This document shows, piece after piece, positions 1-10,273 of a DNA stretch of 64,000 nt. Source of the DNA: Epithemia pelagica (Eukaryota > Protista > Bacillariophyta); assembly GCA_946965045.2 (NCBI GenBank), contig OX337229.1:3844001-3908000 (forward strand), written 5' to 3'. The notes beneath the pieces are model-generated. The model worked only from the letters and a program-made list of their open reading frames with translations, did not search any database and was not told the DNA's origin. A program made the position numbers and the translations under genes. Position 1 is the stretch's first letter. Each line of letters begins with the position of its first letter.

Positions 1-752
1 GCGCTAATTGATAGCATCCCACCGTTGCTCCCGTACTTGGAGCGCTGTAAAAGAACGACACCTCGATCCACCACAAGCGTCCCCTTTCCACCTTTCCCAT
101 CACGAGCACGAGCGGCGTCTTGGACGTACACATTCACGCCCGCTTTGCCATAGATCGTTGCTCGGCTACCATGGAGCTGAATCTCGCTCCCGTCATCTTG
201 CATCACGTTGAACCCATTTGCAAGGAGAAGTCTATTGCGCGATTCGTGCTCGTATTCCGACATCGTCCTTCGTCCATCGTAAATGTAGAAAATATGAAGG
301 GTGAGACGCGATGAGTCGCACAGTGCAAAACAAGTTTGAGATAGGCACTTATCTCTTTTCCTACTCCTTATTGGATTGTCAAATGAAAAGTCTTTAGTTA
401 GAGGAGCTTGCCACTCAGATGGCCGATCAATTCTCTCCTCTCTGCACGAAAGGACGAACACGTCCGTGGTATCCAGTCGGCTTGCATAAAAATGCAGTTG
501 TGGTTTGGGGGAAACGGTGGGGACTTTCTACAATTGCCACTCGGGATTAATTAAAACAACGTGACGATATGCTTAAGAAAAGTTCCATCCGTTGAAGCGC
601 GTGCCCTCCACAATTTACAGCGCGACAAGATTTTAATGTGAGACGACTGGTCGATCATCAATCAAATAACAAGAGCAACCTTCCCATAAAGGCATAAAGG
701 ACAGCAAGGAAAAGAAAACAGACGACAAAAGCAAGGACAAAGAAAGAAAGAC

Positions 753-1265
753 ATGTCGCTCTACATCGACAAGCGCCGTGTTAGTGCGAGGCTCCAAGGC
801 CGTACGACCAAAAGTGTTGTCACAACTGGTGCATCCAAACCCACTATGCGCCCAACCCAAAAAGGTGCCCACAAGAACAACAAGAACAACAACAACGACA
901 ACAATGCGAAAGCCGTAGATACGGAGAAGAAGAAGGAGATCTTGCTCGGGTGTGATGCAATTGGTGTGGAAATGAGTCGATCATCAATCCTCAAGATGAG
1001 AAACGATTTCCTGGAACATGGATCGAACGGAGGGAGCAACACTCCAGTGCGCCATTCCAAGATCAATTTTGCTGATGAGATCAGCCCCATCCCTGAAGAC
1101 AATCAGAAGCCTTCGTCCCGTTTATCCACCCTGAGCACCGCCTCCATACGTAGCCTCAAGAGTGCATCTTCCCGTGGAACTGCTGTAGACAGCGATCTTT
1201 CGTTCGACTTTGCCGAGACTCAACAAGATGACGGTGACTTCCTCTTCAACACCTATGGAAAATAA
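753..1265 (+). CDS. Hypothetical low-complexity protein (170 aa)
   Basis: ATG at 753; uninterrupted ORF with an N/K-rich tract and S-rich C-terminus; no recognisable domain. Confidence 0.55.
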   Translation: MSLYIDKRRVSARLQGRTTKSVVTTGASKPTMRPTQKGAHKNNKNNNNDNNAKAVDTEKKKEILLGCDAIGVEMSRSSILKMRNDFLEHGSNGGSNTPVRHSKINFADEISPIPEDNQKPSSRLSTLSTASIRSLKSASSRGTAVDSDLSFDFAETQQDDGDFLFNTYGK

Positions 1266-1345
1266 ATGATAGTTAAGCCTGTCAAGTATAGCAATGACGA
1301 TAAATATGGAAACATAAGCTTTAGAGTTGGATCATAGCGCGGCTT

Positions 1346-1864
1346 CGTCCATTGGTCCAAAATCCTTGTGCTCCGTAGCACGACGAATGATTGTCCATGG
1401 ATGATCGCCTCGATCATGAGGACCATGGCCCCTAAGCCGGATCTGAGACTTGTGTAACCTAACTTAGTCTCTATAGTAACAAGCAAAAAAGTAGGACGTC
1501 CAGAGGGACCATTGTCGAATATTGGCATGGCATCGTCCATTGGTCCAAAATCCTTGTGCTCCGTGGCACGACGAATGATTGTCCATGGATGATCGCCTCG
1601 ATCATGAGGACCATGGCCCCTACGCCGGATCTGAGACTTGTATAACCTAACTTAGTCTCTATAGTAAGGGGCAAAAAAGTAGGACGTCCAGAGGGACCAT
1701 TCTCGAATATTGGCATGGCATCGTCCATTGGTCCAAAATCCTTGTGCTTGGTGGCACAACGAATGATTGTCCATGGATGATCGCCTCGATCATGAGGACC
1801 ATGGCCCCTACGCCGGATCTGAGACTTGTATAACCTAACTTAGTCTCTATAGTAACGGTCAAAG
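1346..1864. repeat. Tandem repeat block A, 188-bp monomer, ~2.75 copies
   Basis: CGTCCATTGGTCCAAAATCC recurs at 1346, 1534 and 1722 (period 188); copies differ by a few substitutions. Confidence 0.95.
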
Positions 1865-2790
1865 AAGTAGGACGTCTGGAGCGGCCGTATCCATGGAGCC
1901 GGGTCTCGTCATCCTTTGGTCAAAAACTCGTGTTGTGTGTGATGCTTCGAAAAGAAGCGTCCATCGATGGATGGCCTTTTCTCAATGGCCATATCACCGA
2001 TGATCAATCTGATACCTCAGATCGCTAAAGTAGAGCCTAACATAAAAGACTACTAAGTAGGACGTCTGGAGCGGCCATATCCATGGAGCCGGGTCTCTTC
2101 ATCCTTTGGTCGAAAACTCGTGTTGTGTGTGATGCGTCGAAAAGAAGCGTCCATCGATGGATGGCCTTTTCTCAATGGCCATACCACTGATGATCAATCT
2201 GATACCTCAGATCGCTAAAGTAGAGCCTAACATAAAAGACTACTAAGTAGGACGTCTGGAGCGGCCATATCCATGGAGCCGGGTCTCTTCATCCTTTGGT
2301 CGAAAACTCGTGTTGTGTGTGATGCGTCGAAAAGAAGCGTCCATCGATGGATGGCCTTTTCTCAATGGCCATATCACCGATGATCAATCTGATACCTCAG
2401 ATCGCTAAAGTAGAGCCTAACATAAAAGACTTCTAAGTCGGACGTCTGGAGCGGCCATATCCATGGAGCCGGGTCTCGTCATCCTTTGGTCGAAAACTCC
2501 TGTTGTGTGTGATGCGTCGAAAAGAAGCGTCCATCGATGCGCTAAAGTAGAGCCTAACATAAAAGACGACTAAGTAGGACGTCTGGAGCGGCCATATCCA
2601 TGGAGCCGGGTCTCGTCATCCTTTGGTCGAAAACTCGTGTTGTGTGTGATGCGTCGAAAAGAAGCGTCCATCGATGGATGGCCCTTTCTCAATGGCCATA
2701 TCACCGATGATCAATCTGATACCTCAGATCGCTAAAGTAGAGCCTAACATAAAAGACTAGTAGGACGTCTGGAGCGGCCGTATTCATGGA
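1865..2790. repeat. Tandem repeat block B, 190-bp monomer, 5 copies (one internally deleted) plus the start of a sixth
   Basis: AAGT(A/C)GGACGTCTGGAGCGGCC starts at 1865, 2055, 2245, 2435 and 2572, with a partial copy at ~2759. The copy starting at 2435 is 137 bp (53-bp deletion). Confidence 0.95.
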
Positions 2791-3664
2791 GCTGACTTCG
2801 ACGAATGAGTAGGCTAATCTCATGTGGTCCGTGCCACGTCGAAAAATCGACGCAATGGTGTGGAAGCTCGTTGGCATCCTATGCTTGGGGATAGCCTATA
2901 TGGGTCAATAGTGTTCTCATTTACACTAATGTCGATAACATATTTTAATTTCATGGCAATTGGTCAAGTATTGGTGGAGAAATCGCATGGTGAATGTACC
3001 GGCCAACGGGCAATCTAGCGGCCAAATCGCAAAAAAAAAAAAATGACCCTACAATGATGAGAGAGAACTCGATGACGATGGCAGATATGGAAAAAGTGCC
3101 CGGTGGGGACCTAAAGCATTGTCTGAAGATGATTTCTATCATCCCATTTCTATGGAGGTGCTATATTGAGCTAGTAATCGTTAAAGACCACCATGGTCAT
3201 TTGGCCGCTAAAATGCAGGGTCTGGCCGTATCACCCGTGAAGGCACTAGGAGCAGGTAGCTACCCTACTCCGAGGCTGAGCTACTCCCGCGTGTCCAGCA
3301 CTCTCTTCGGTAATATCTATTTTACTATAGGAGTACATGCTAGCTTGCTAGGTAGTAGGAGTACTGTTTACTCTAGCCAGGGAACAGAGAACAGACAGAC
3401 AGACAGTGACAGAGCCCCCAGCCAGATGAGAATTCGCGATTCAATACAATTGGTTCTCTTTTCGAAATTTGAATTCTTCGGTAGGGCGGACTTCTCATCT
3501 TGACACCATCAACCATCATCCTGGAACGACGAACGCAAAGATTGCTTCGCGGCTCTGGGTTTGGGTCGGCTGTCGGCTGCAACTGTAGTTTGTATCCTGT
3601 ATTCATCAAGTTCGCTTGCTTCATTCCCGCGGATCATAAAACCGACCAAAAATATAATCACAAC

Positions 3665-4111
3665 ATGCTTGCCACGACATCATACAAACTCTTGTCCAGG
3701 ACACCCGTTCTAGCTACTCGGATGGCACCTCGTGTTATTGGCACTCGAAATTTCGGTATTGGAGATCAACTGGGTAAAAAGGTACGTGCTTACCATGATT
3801 TATTGGGATGCATCAACGGGACAAATCCGAACCCTTTATTCCGCAATGTTTCGCGATTCTCATTCCGTCGGTTGTTTATGAATATACAGGAAAAAGTAGA
3901 AGAAGATCGCTATATGCGTGATTTGGAACGACAGTATGTAGAGAAGAAGAAGGCGGAGATGGCTGAAAAAATGGCTGCAGAGGAAGAAGAAAAGTTCAAA
4001 GACGTAATTGCACCAGCAATGGCGGAAGCTGAGGTGCTTCTATCTAAGACTGGTGATTCTGTGAGCCACGATGCCCTGGAGAACCTTGCCAAGTGGAAGG
4101 CTGGTGTCTAG
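3665..4111 (+). CDS. Mitochondrial F1Fo-ATPase inhibitor (IF1/IATP)-like protein; 2 exons (intron 3782-3889)
   Basis: Mitochondrial-type presequence. Splicing a 108-bp GTACGT...ATACAG intron gives GDQLGKKEKVEEDRYMRDLERQYVEKKK, resembling the IF1 core (GKKEKAEEDRYFR..E..Q). Confidence 0.65.
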   Translation: MLATTSYKLLSRTPVLATRMAPRVIGTRNFGIGDQLGKKVRAYHDLLGCINGTNPNPLFRNVSRFSFRRLFMNIQEKVEEDRYMRDLERQYVEKKKAEMAEKMAAEEEEKFKDVIAPAMAEAEVLLSKTGDSVSHDALENLAKWKAGV

Positions 4112-4440
4112 TGGGTTCGAATTGTTTCTCATCAGCACACGGCTGCAAAGGTGACAATTCTTGACGGATTCATGCTTTGGCGTGGACATTTCGTTGAATT
4201 GAATAGATTATTAATATTAATGGGACAAGCAGTGCCACACATGCCGACGCAATAAACCAAAATTGCCGATTGGATCTTTCACTGTTGCGTCAGTAACGGT
4301 CCATTGTTATCTGTATCAAGACCAATTCAGCTTTAGGCGAGGCTGAAACACATTGAAAGGAGGCGAGGGGGTTACAAATGATGTTTCGACGGGATCGATG
4401 ACGCCGCCTAACTACCTATCAGCAGAGGAACAGGACTATC

Positions 4441-4602
4441 GCTACGAACTAAATTCTGCATGACAAAAGTTTCAAAGCAATCGCACTGCAAATGCTTCAT
4501 TTCATTTGGTACGGAACGAAAGGCTACGAACTAAATTCTGCATGACAAAAGTTTCAAAGCAATCGCACTGCAAATGCTTCATTTCATTTGGTACGGAACG
4601 AA
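4441..4602. repeat. Exact tandem duplication, 80-bp unit x2 (period 82)
   Basis: GCTACGAACTAAATTCTGC...GGTACGGAACGAA at 4441-4520 and 4523-4602. Confidence 0.95.
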
Positions 4603-4763
4603 TGGCGTCTTTGAATGGCAGCAACAGATGATTAGGAGCAGAATGAACAGCATGGTTATGTGTAAGGTTACCTTCTGTAATGAAATCTTTGACCCACAGA
4701 ACTGATGGAAAGACGATCAGTCGCCTTATGGTAGCACATTGTAAGGCGCAACACGTTTACAAA

Positions 4764-5497
4764 TTACCCCCAGCGGGGGTGGTTTTGAGGTTGTAGTTTC
4801 TGTTAACCACCCCCATACCTTTTTCCTGGCTCCAGTCGGCCGGCATATCTCATTCCTTCCACCACGATAACAACACGACAATCAAACTTTGTCGTTGCTG
4901 GTGACCTCCTACGGCCACCCCATCATGATCCGACCATCACATGCTTCATATTGGTACCATGGCAGTGCATTGTGAGGGGCACAGTGCATGCGGGCCATTC
5001 TAGGAAATGACCAATACAGTGACGCTGTAATACGGCACAATAGGAGACCATGATGGCATGAAAATACATGAGAGTTGAAGTTTGCTATCAATACACTGTG
5101 TAGCTACTACTGTGATGTGTATTGTGTACCAATAGGTGACCAAACAATGTAAGATAAGAGCCATATAGTTCCTTTGAGTTGCTTCGTTCGAAATGGCAAG
5201 ACGTCGCTTCCGTACCTGTGCCACGAGGCATGGCGCCTATGAGTCTGATGCATGATAGCCTTAACCTTTAAATTTTGGTGATGCCGATGCATCCTACACT
5301 ATTGGTTTGAGGTCTATGACTGGGAAGACAGGTTTGAAGAGTCCAAATAGGTGCACAACAACCTGTGCAACACCATGGTCCGTGTTGTTATCGTGGTGGA
5401 GGAAATGAGATATGCCGGCCGACTGGAAACAGGTGGCAAATAGGTATGGGTGGCTCAGAGAAATTACACCCTATAAGCCATCCCCGCTAGGGGGTAA
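4764..5497. mobile_element. Non-autonomous DNA transposon (MITE) with ~115-bp imperfect TIRs and TTTACAAA(T) target-site duplication
   Basis: Ends TTACCCCC...GGGGGTAA. The inner TIR segment CCAGTCGGCCGGCATATCTCAT...CCACCACGATAACAACACG (~4832-4878) is the near-perfect reverse complement of ~5381-5427. TTTACAAA lies at 4756-4763 and 5498-5505. No transposase ORF inside. Confidence 0.85.
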
Positions 5498-5504
5498 TTT
5501 ACAA

Positions 5505-6503
5505 ATGAAAAAAATGCCGGACGAAACAAGGAGAGTCAATGCAATGGTTGTCCGAAGTAATAGCAAACCGGTGCGGCTGTTGACCTCTTGGGTCTGTGCG
5601 TTCCTCCGTATCTTTCGGCGCTCTCCTGGACGCATTCTTTGCATGGTTCTGCTAATGGGGGTATTGATCCATCGCATAATTTCCTTCCGTCGAGCTCAAG
5701 CCGAGCTTATCCTGGCTCCCATTGCATCGATCTCTCGTAAATGTCCAAGTCCAAACTACAAAGTTCTCTTCAAGAAATCTCCGGAACAAAAGATCTGTTT
5801 GACAACCTTGACGGATGAAAAGAAAAAGTCATGGATCACACGTCTTCTGGGATGGAGAAATTTTGACGGCATGCTGCAATTAACTTGGGAAAACAAAGCT
5901 AGCTACTCTTCCAAGCACGGCTATCACGTGTTCGACGAATCATCCCAGCTTGACCCTAGCCGTCCAGCGAGTTGGAGTAAGATACGTGCTGTACAAAGGC
6001 TTCTGAGGGAAGAACAATGTTCCTGGGTACTCTGGCTCGATGCGGATGCTGTCATTATGAATTCCGAAAAAAGAATAGAAGAAATTCTACCCAGCGACCC
6101 AACAAAGCATTTAATTGTAACCGCAGATGACGGTGGCGGATTCAATGCTGGTGTTTGGATCATACACAACTCGGAATGGTCTTCGCAATTTTTGCAAGAA
6201 TGGTGGGATATGAAGTCGTTCGTGATGCCTCCTGGGTTTGCAAAGTCAGGTGACAACGACGCCCTTAAACACAAACTAAAGCACATGGAGGACTTTGATC
6301 AACATATTCTCTCTCCACCTCGGTGTTCCTTTAACAGTTTTGTCACAGGATCCGAGACAGGAACAAGAGCTCACAAAAAACTGGAGGAGGAAGAATGGTA
6401 CATGTCGGAAGGTCACTATCACAAGGGCGACTTCATTGCCCACGTGGCTGGGATTGATGGCAAAGTGAGCGTGATAAGAGAGTTACTAGCGCTGGCAGTG
6501 TGA
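5505..6503 (+). CDS. Glycosyltransferase family 34 (GMA12/MNN10-like), type II membrane protein
   Basis: N-terminal TM helix; SWSKI, WVLWLDADAVIMN (DxD), FNAGVWII, GDNDAL and GDFIAHVAG motifs. The first 31 aa of the track ORF come from the MITE TIR, so the start is set to ATG 5505. Confidence 0.9.
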   Translation: MKKMPDETRRVNAMVVRSNSKPVRLLTSWVCAFLRIFRRSPGRILCMVLLMGVLIHRIISFRRAQAELILAPIASISRKCPSPNYKVLFKKSPEQKICLTTLTDEKKKSWITRLLGWRNFDGMLQLTWENKASYSSKHGYHVFDESSQLDPSRPASWSKIRAVQRLLREEQCSWVLWLDADAVIMNSEKRIEEILPSDPTKHLIVTADDGGGFNAGVWIIHNSEWSSQFLQEWWDMKSFVMPPGFAKSGDNDALKHKLKHMEDFDQHILSPPRCSFNSFVTGSETGTRAHKKLEEEEWYMSEGHYHKGDFIAHVAGIDGKVSVIRELLALAV

Positions 6504-6563
6504 CAACGTGACAATTCTCAGTGCTAGTAGCATTATTGTGGACCAGAAACACATGTTTCCTGC

Positions 6564-7224
6564 TTACTTGTCCTTAGAAAATGCCTCGATTACGTCCTTA
6601 GGTGCCTGCACCAGCTCAATAAGAACTCCGTTGCCTCCAATGGGACTCGTTTCATTTCCCTTTGGATGAATAAAGGCGACTAAATGGCCGGCTGCCCCTG
6701 TTCGAATTCCACCCGGAGTAAATCGAACGCCCTTTTCCTTCATCCATTCGACAGCTTTTTCCAGTTCGTCAACCCATAATCCCACATGATTTAATGGAGG
6801 CTTGTGAACCTGGAGAACAGAACACAATCGAGTTTTGTGTGTGTTAGTTTTGATCCGATTGATGAACCAATGTCTGTTAGCTAGTAGGTAGATGTACCTT
6901 TGGGCTCTTGTCTGGATCGATGGGTGTCATCAAGTCAACTTCCACTGTAAAGGGGCAAGGACCTAGCTGCAAAATATCTTCCTCTACATTTTCTTTCTCG
7001 ATACGATGCGTAGAAGAAGGAGAAAGGCCGAGGACGTCTTGCCACAAGGAAGCCAAGGCAGAGCGATCCTCGGAACCAACCGCAATTTGTTGGACACCCA
7101 GGATTTGGAACGGTCGACGAGATGAGGACAAGAATCGGACGGGTGCCGTTGTGATTGCAGGCACAACGGTGTGCCTAAAACGAGACCTGGAAATGAGGTT
7201 ACGACCGGAAACAAGGAACATCAT
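6564..7224 (-). CDS. MCEE: Methylmalonyl-CoA epimerase, mitochondrial; 2 exons (intron 6810-6897)
   Basis: Glyoxalase/VOC fold motifs [22 protein letters not shown]|[16 protein letters not shown] and [17 protein letters not shown]...GVLIELVQ; transit-like N-terminus. Confidence 0.88.
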
Positions 7225-7732
7225 TCATTGTGATATCCCATTCCCCCATGGCAAAAAATGCGGGGGAGATTGGTGGCAGTCGCACTTTAATGTAGCGCGT
7301 GACGTGGAATGCGAACTCCGTGAAAGGCTGATGGTGATGGAGAAGAGCGCCGTCATTGAATGAAGGTGTCAAGTGTCACGAGTGCACCGAAAATGCCAGT
7401 AAGATCCAAAAACCAGAAGGAACGACGGCAAGAGTTTGACAGTTCGTTCCCACACTCCCACCACTGATTGACGGTCCAAAGCTTCTCGCAAAACACACAA
7501 GTTGACGGAAAAGCGTTCTTCTTTCGAGATCCTTCATGTAAGTCGTCTCGTTTCCGCTCGTTTCCGAGGATAAAATCGTTTCTATTGAACATTCGAAAAT
7601 AAAACTTGCTGGTCACAGAATTATTCTCACTCTGGTCTCGAATACTTGTATGCAGAAACAACACTCTCTTGCGTCTCCATTCCCACCAGTTGACACGTCT
7701 TTTTCCAGTCGTCTCGTGACACAGAAGACAAG

Positions 7733-10173
7733 ATGATTTATCCAAAGACGGCTCTTCATTCTACAACGCGCTCCAATGTACTGTTTCAGCAGCGACGAGG
7801 CATTTTAGGTATTTCCAAGGCCATAGACAAACGTCTCTACCGAATGGCAAAATCGGTCATGCCGACCATCAGCAAGACCGAGCAGATTGCCCTCGGGTGT
7901 GGCACGATTGGGTTTGATCGAGATATTTTTTCTGGATCGCCGAGCCTTAAGAAGCTTCTCGACACATATGACCCCAAACTTACTACCGAAGAAAAGCAAT
8001 TTCTCGACCAGAAGGTTGACCGTCTATGTGATCTCTTGAACGATCACGACGTGGCGATGAAGAAAGATTTCTCGAAAGAAGCATGGGATTATATGCGTGA
8101 TGAAAAGTTTTTCGGGTTAAAAATCCCCAAGGAATGGGGAGGTATGGGTTTTAGCACTCAAGCTGTCTCGCAGATTCTTGCCAAGCTTGCTACCCATTGT
8201 TTCGACGCGAATGCGACCGTCGCTGTCCCCAACTCGTTGGGACCCGGAGAGCTCCTTGTTCGCTATGGAACTGACGACCAGAAGCAATATTTCCTTCCTC
8301 GACTTGCTGATGGCACTTTGATTCCCTGTTTTGGTTTGACGGGTCCTCATTCAGGGAGTGACGCGACCTCTCTGATTGGAAGCGACTGCGTCGTCGAAGA
8401 GCGCAATGGTGAACTCGGAGTTGTGGCCAACTTCAAGAAGCGCTACATCACCCTGGCACCCGTCGCTGGAGTTGTGGGAATTGGTCTGAACCTTTCGGAC
8501 CCCAACAACCTTCTCAAAGGAAAAGGTGAAGAAGGATTTACTGTCGCCCTTTTGGAGCGTGACCACGCCGGCCTTCGAATGGGTCGCCGTCACATGCCCT
8601 TGAATGCCGCCTTTATGAACGGAACTGTTGAAGGTGAAAATGTATGGATCCCCATGAATTGTATCTTGGGAGGTCAAGAACGTTGCGGATATGGTTGGCA
8701 TATGTTTGTGGAATGCTTGGCTGAAGGTCGCGGTGTATCCTTGCCGGCAGGGTCCGTCGGTGCTGGACGCGGTGTCGTTGGCGCAGTCGGGGCATACACT
8801 CGAGTTCGTAAGCAATTCCGTGTTCCTATTGCCGAATTTGGAGGAATCCAAGAAGGTATGTGCTGGCTGGGTGAAATGCTTTTAGAATGCTCAAGTGGCA
8901 GAATTCATTCACTCACCGACTGTTGCCGTCGCGAACAGCAATGGCCTTTGCTGGCAGTGACGCCTTGATCACAATTGCAGGAACAGATTTAATGAATGCT
9001 ATTGTGGACAACCACGAAGCCCCTATGGTGATTTCATCTGTCATGAAACAGAACTGTACCGAAAGAGGTCGTCGCATTGTCGAGAGGGGAATGGATGTCG
9101 CTGCAGGATCAGCAATTTGTCGTGGAAATAATAATTATTTGGGCAATGCCTACATGAGTCTGCCGATTGCCATCACAGTCGAAGGAGCAAACATTATGAC
9201 TCGGTCGTTCCAGATCATTGGACAGGGTCTTACTCGTTGTCATCCGCATATGTTGGAATTGATCCAGTCCTTGCAAGCACCCGTGGAAAAAGAACAAGAG
9301 GCTGTTTCAACTTTTACTCAGCAATTCTACAAGGTTGTTGGACATGGCGTGTCAAACTTTAGTGCTTCCATCACGAGAGGCCTGAAGGCTACAGTTGATA
9401 CGTCGATGCGTTCTCGGAATGCTTACAAAGACGGTGACAAGCTCCTCGAGTACCATGAAAATCAGCTCCTTCGTCTTTCTGCAAACTTTGCCATGACGGC
9501 TGACTTGTGTTTTTCTCTTGGTGGAAGGCTCAAGTTTGAAGAGCTACTCATGGGCCGACTGGCCGATGCTCTTGGTGGAATCTTTCTCGGATATGCCACT
9601 CTGCATCATTACCAGAGACGTCGTGGAATTGAAGGTTTGGAAGCTGTGACTGAGCACGCAATGTTGCGATTGGAGAAGGAGGCTCAGGACGCTCTACTAT
9701 CGGCGTCAAACAACTTCCCAGGACCGCTTGGTGGAGCTGCCAGTGCTGTCATGAAATTGGGTTGCTTCCCACTGGGAAGTGCTACACGACCGTACAAGGA
9801 GCCAAGCGACCGCCTGACAAAAGAGGTATCGCGACTCCTAACCACTCCATCCGAGCTTCGCAATATGTATCAGGAGGGTCTCTATGTTGCACCCGAAGGA
9901 AACATGCATCAAGTGTCGGAGTTGATCAGGGCACTCCCAGTCTGTGTGGAAGCGGACAGGATTGCTTCCAGGCTGCGACGTGAAAAAGCAAAGCCCACAG
10001 CCGAAGAATCTGCCAAACTCGAACGAGCAGAAGCCCTACGTGATTCCTTGATCCAGGTGGACGTCTTTGATCATTTGACGGACGAAGAGGGACGAGAAGG
10101 ATATGTTCGACCAGCTTTGGTTGGAACCGAGGAGCGCTTGGCAGCACTCGAGCAGAAATCGTTCGCTGCCTAG
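7733..10173 (+). CDS. fadE: Acyl-CoA dehydrogenase of the FadE type; 2 exons (intron 8856-8938)
   Basis: AVPNSLGPGELL, PCFGLTGPHSGSDA, KKRYITLAPVA, ECLAEGRGVSLP, VRKQFRVPIAEFGGIQE|A and AITVEGANIMTRS..I.GQG..RCHP; FadE-like C-terminal extension. Confidence 0.9.
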
Positions 10174-10273
10174 ACAATACAAACCTTCCCTTTGCATATT
10201 TTCAATTGTATATCTTGTAAGCACTAGCAAGAATAATTTTCACCATTTGTCAAAATTACCTGACTCTAATAAT

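Noticed and set aside
1-314. Short plus-strand ORFs and a minus-strand frame open to the window edge (MSEYEHESRNRLL... from 263)
   Set aside because: No recognisable motif; cannot be judged without sequence beyond the window.
1253-1862. Repeated minus-strand ORFs (MDDAMPIF...) within repeat block A
   Set aside because: The 188-bp period is not a multiple of 3, so the frames shift each unit; they are by-products of the repeat.
1346-2790. CRISPR-like array
   Set aside because: Whole monomers repeat with no unique spacers, there are no cas genes, and the context is eukaryotic.
3016-3210. 12-bp inverted repeat TAGCGGCCAAAT / ATTTGGCCGCTA as a possible MITE
   Set aside because: No target-site duplication on the flanks; too short to support alone.
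2994-3503. 169-aa ORF
   Set aside because: Crosses an A-run and an ACAG microsatellite, has no domain signal, and lies in an apparently non-genic region.
5412-5504. N-terminal 31 aa of the track GT34 ORF
   Set aside because: Derived from the MITE right TIR; not treated as native coding sequence.
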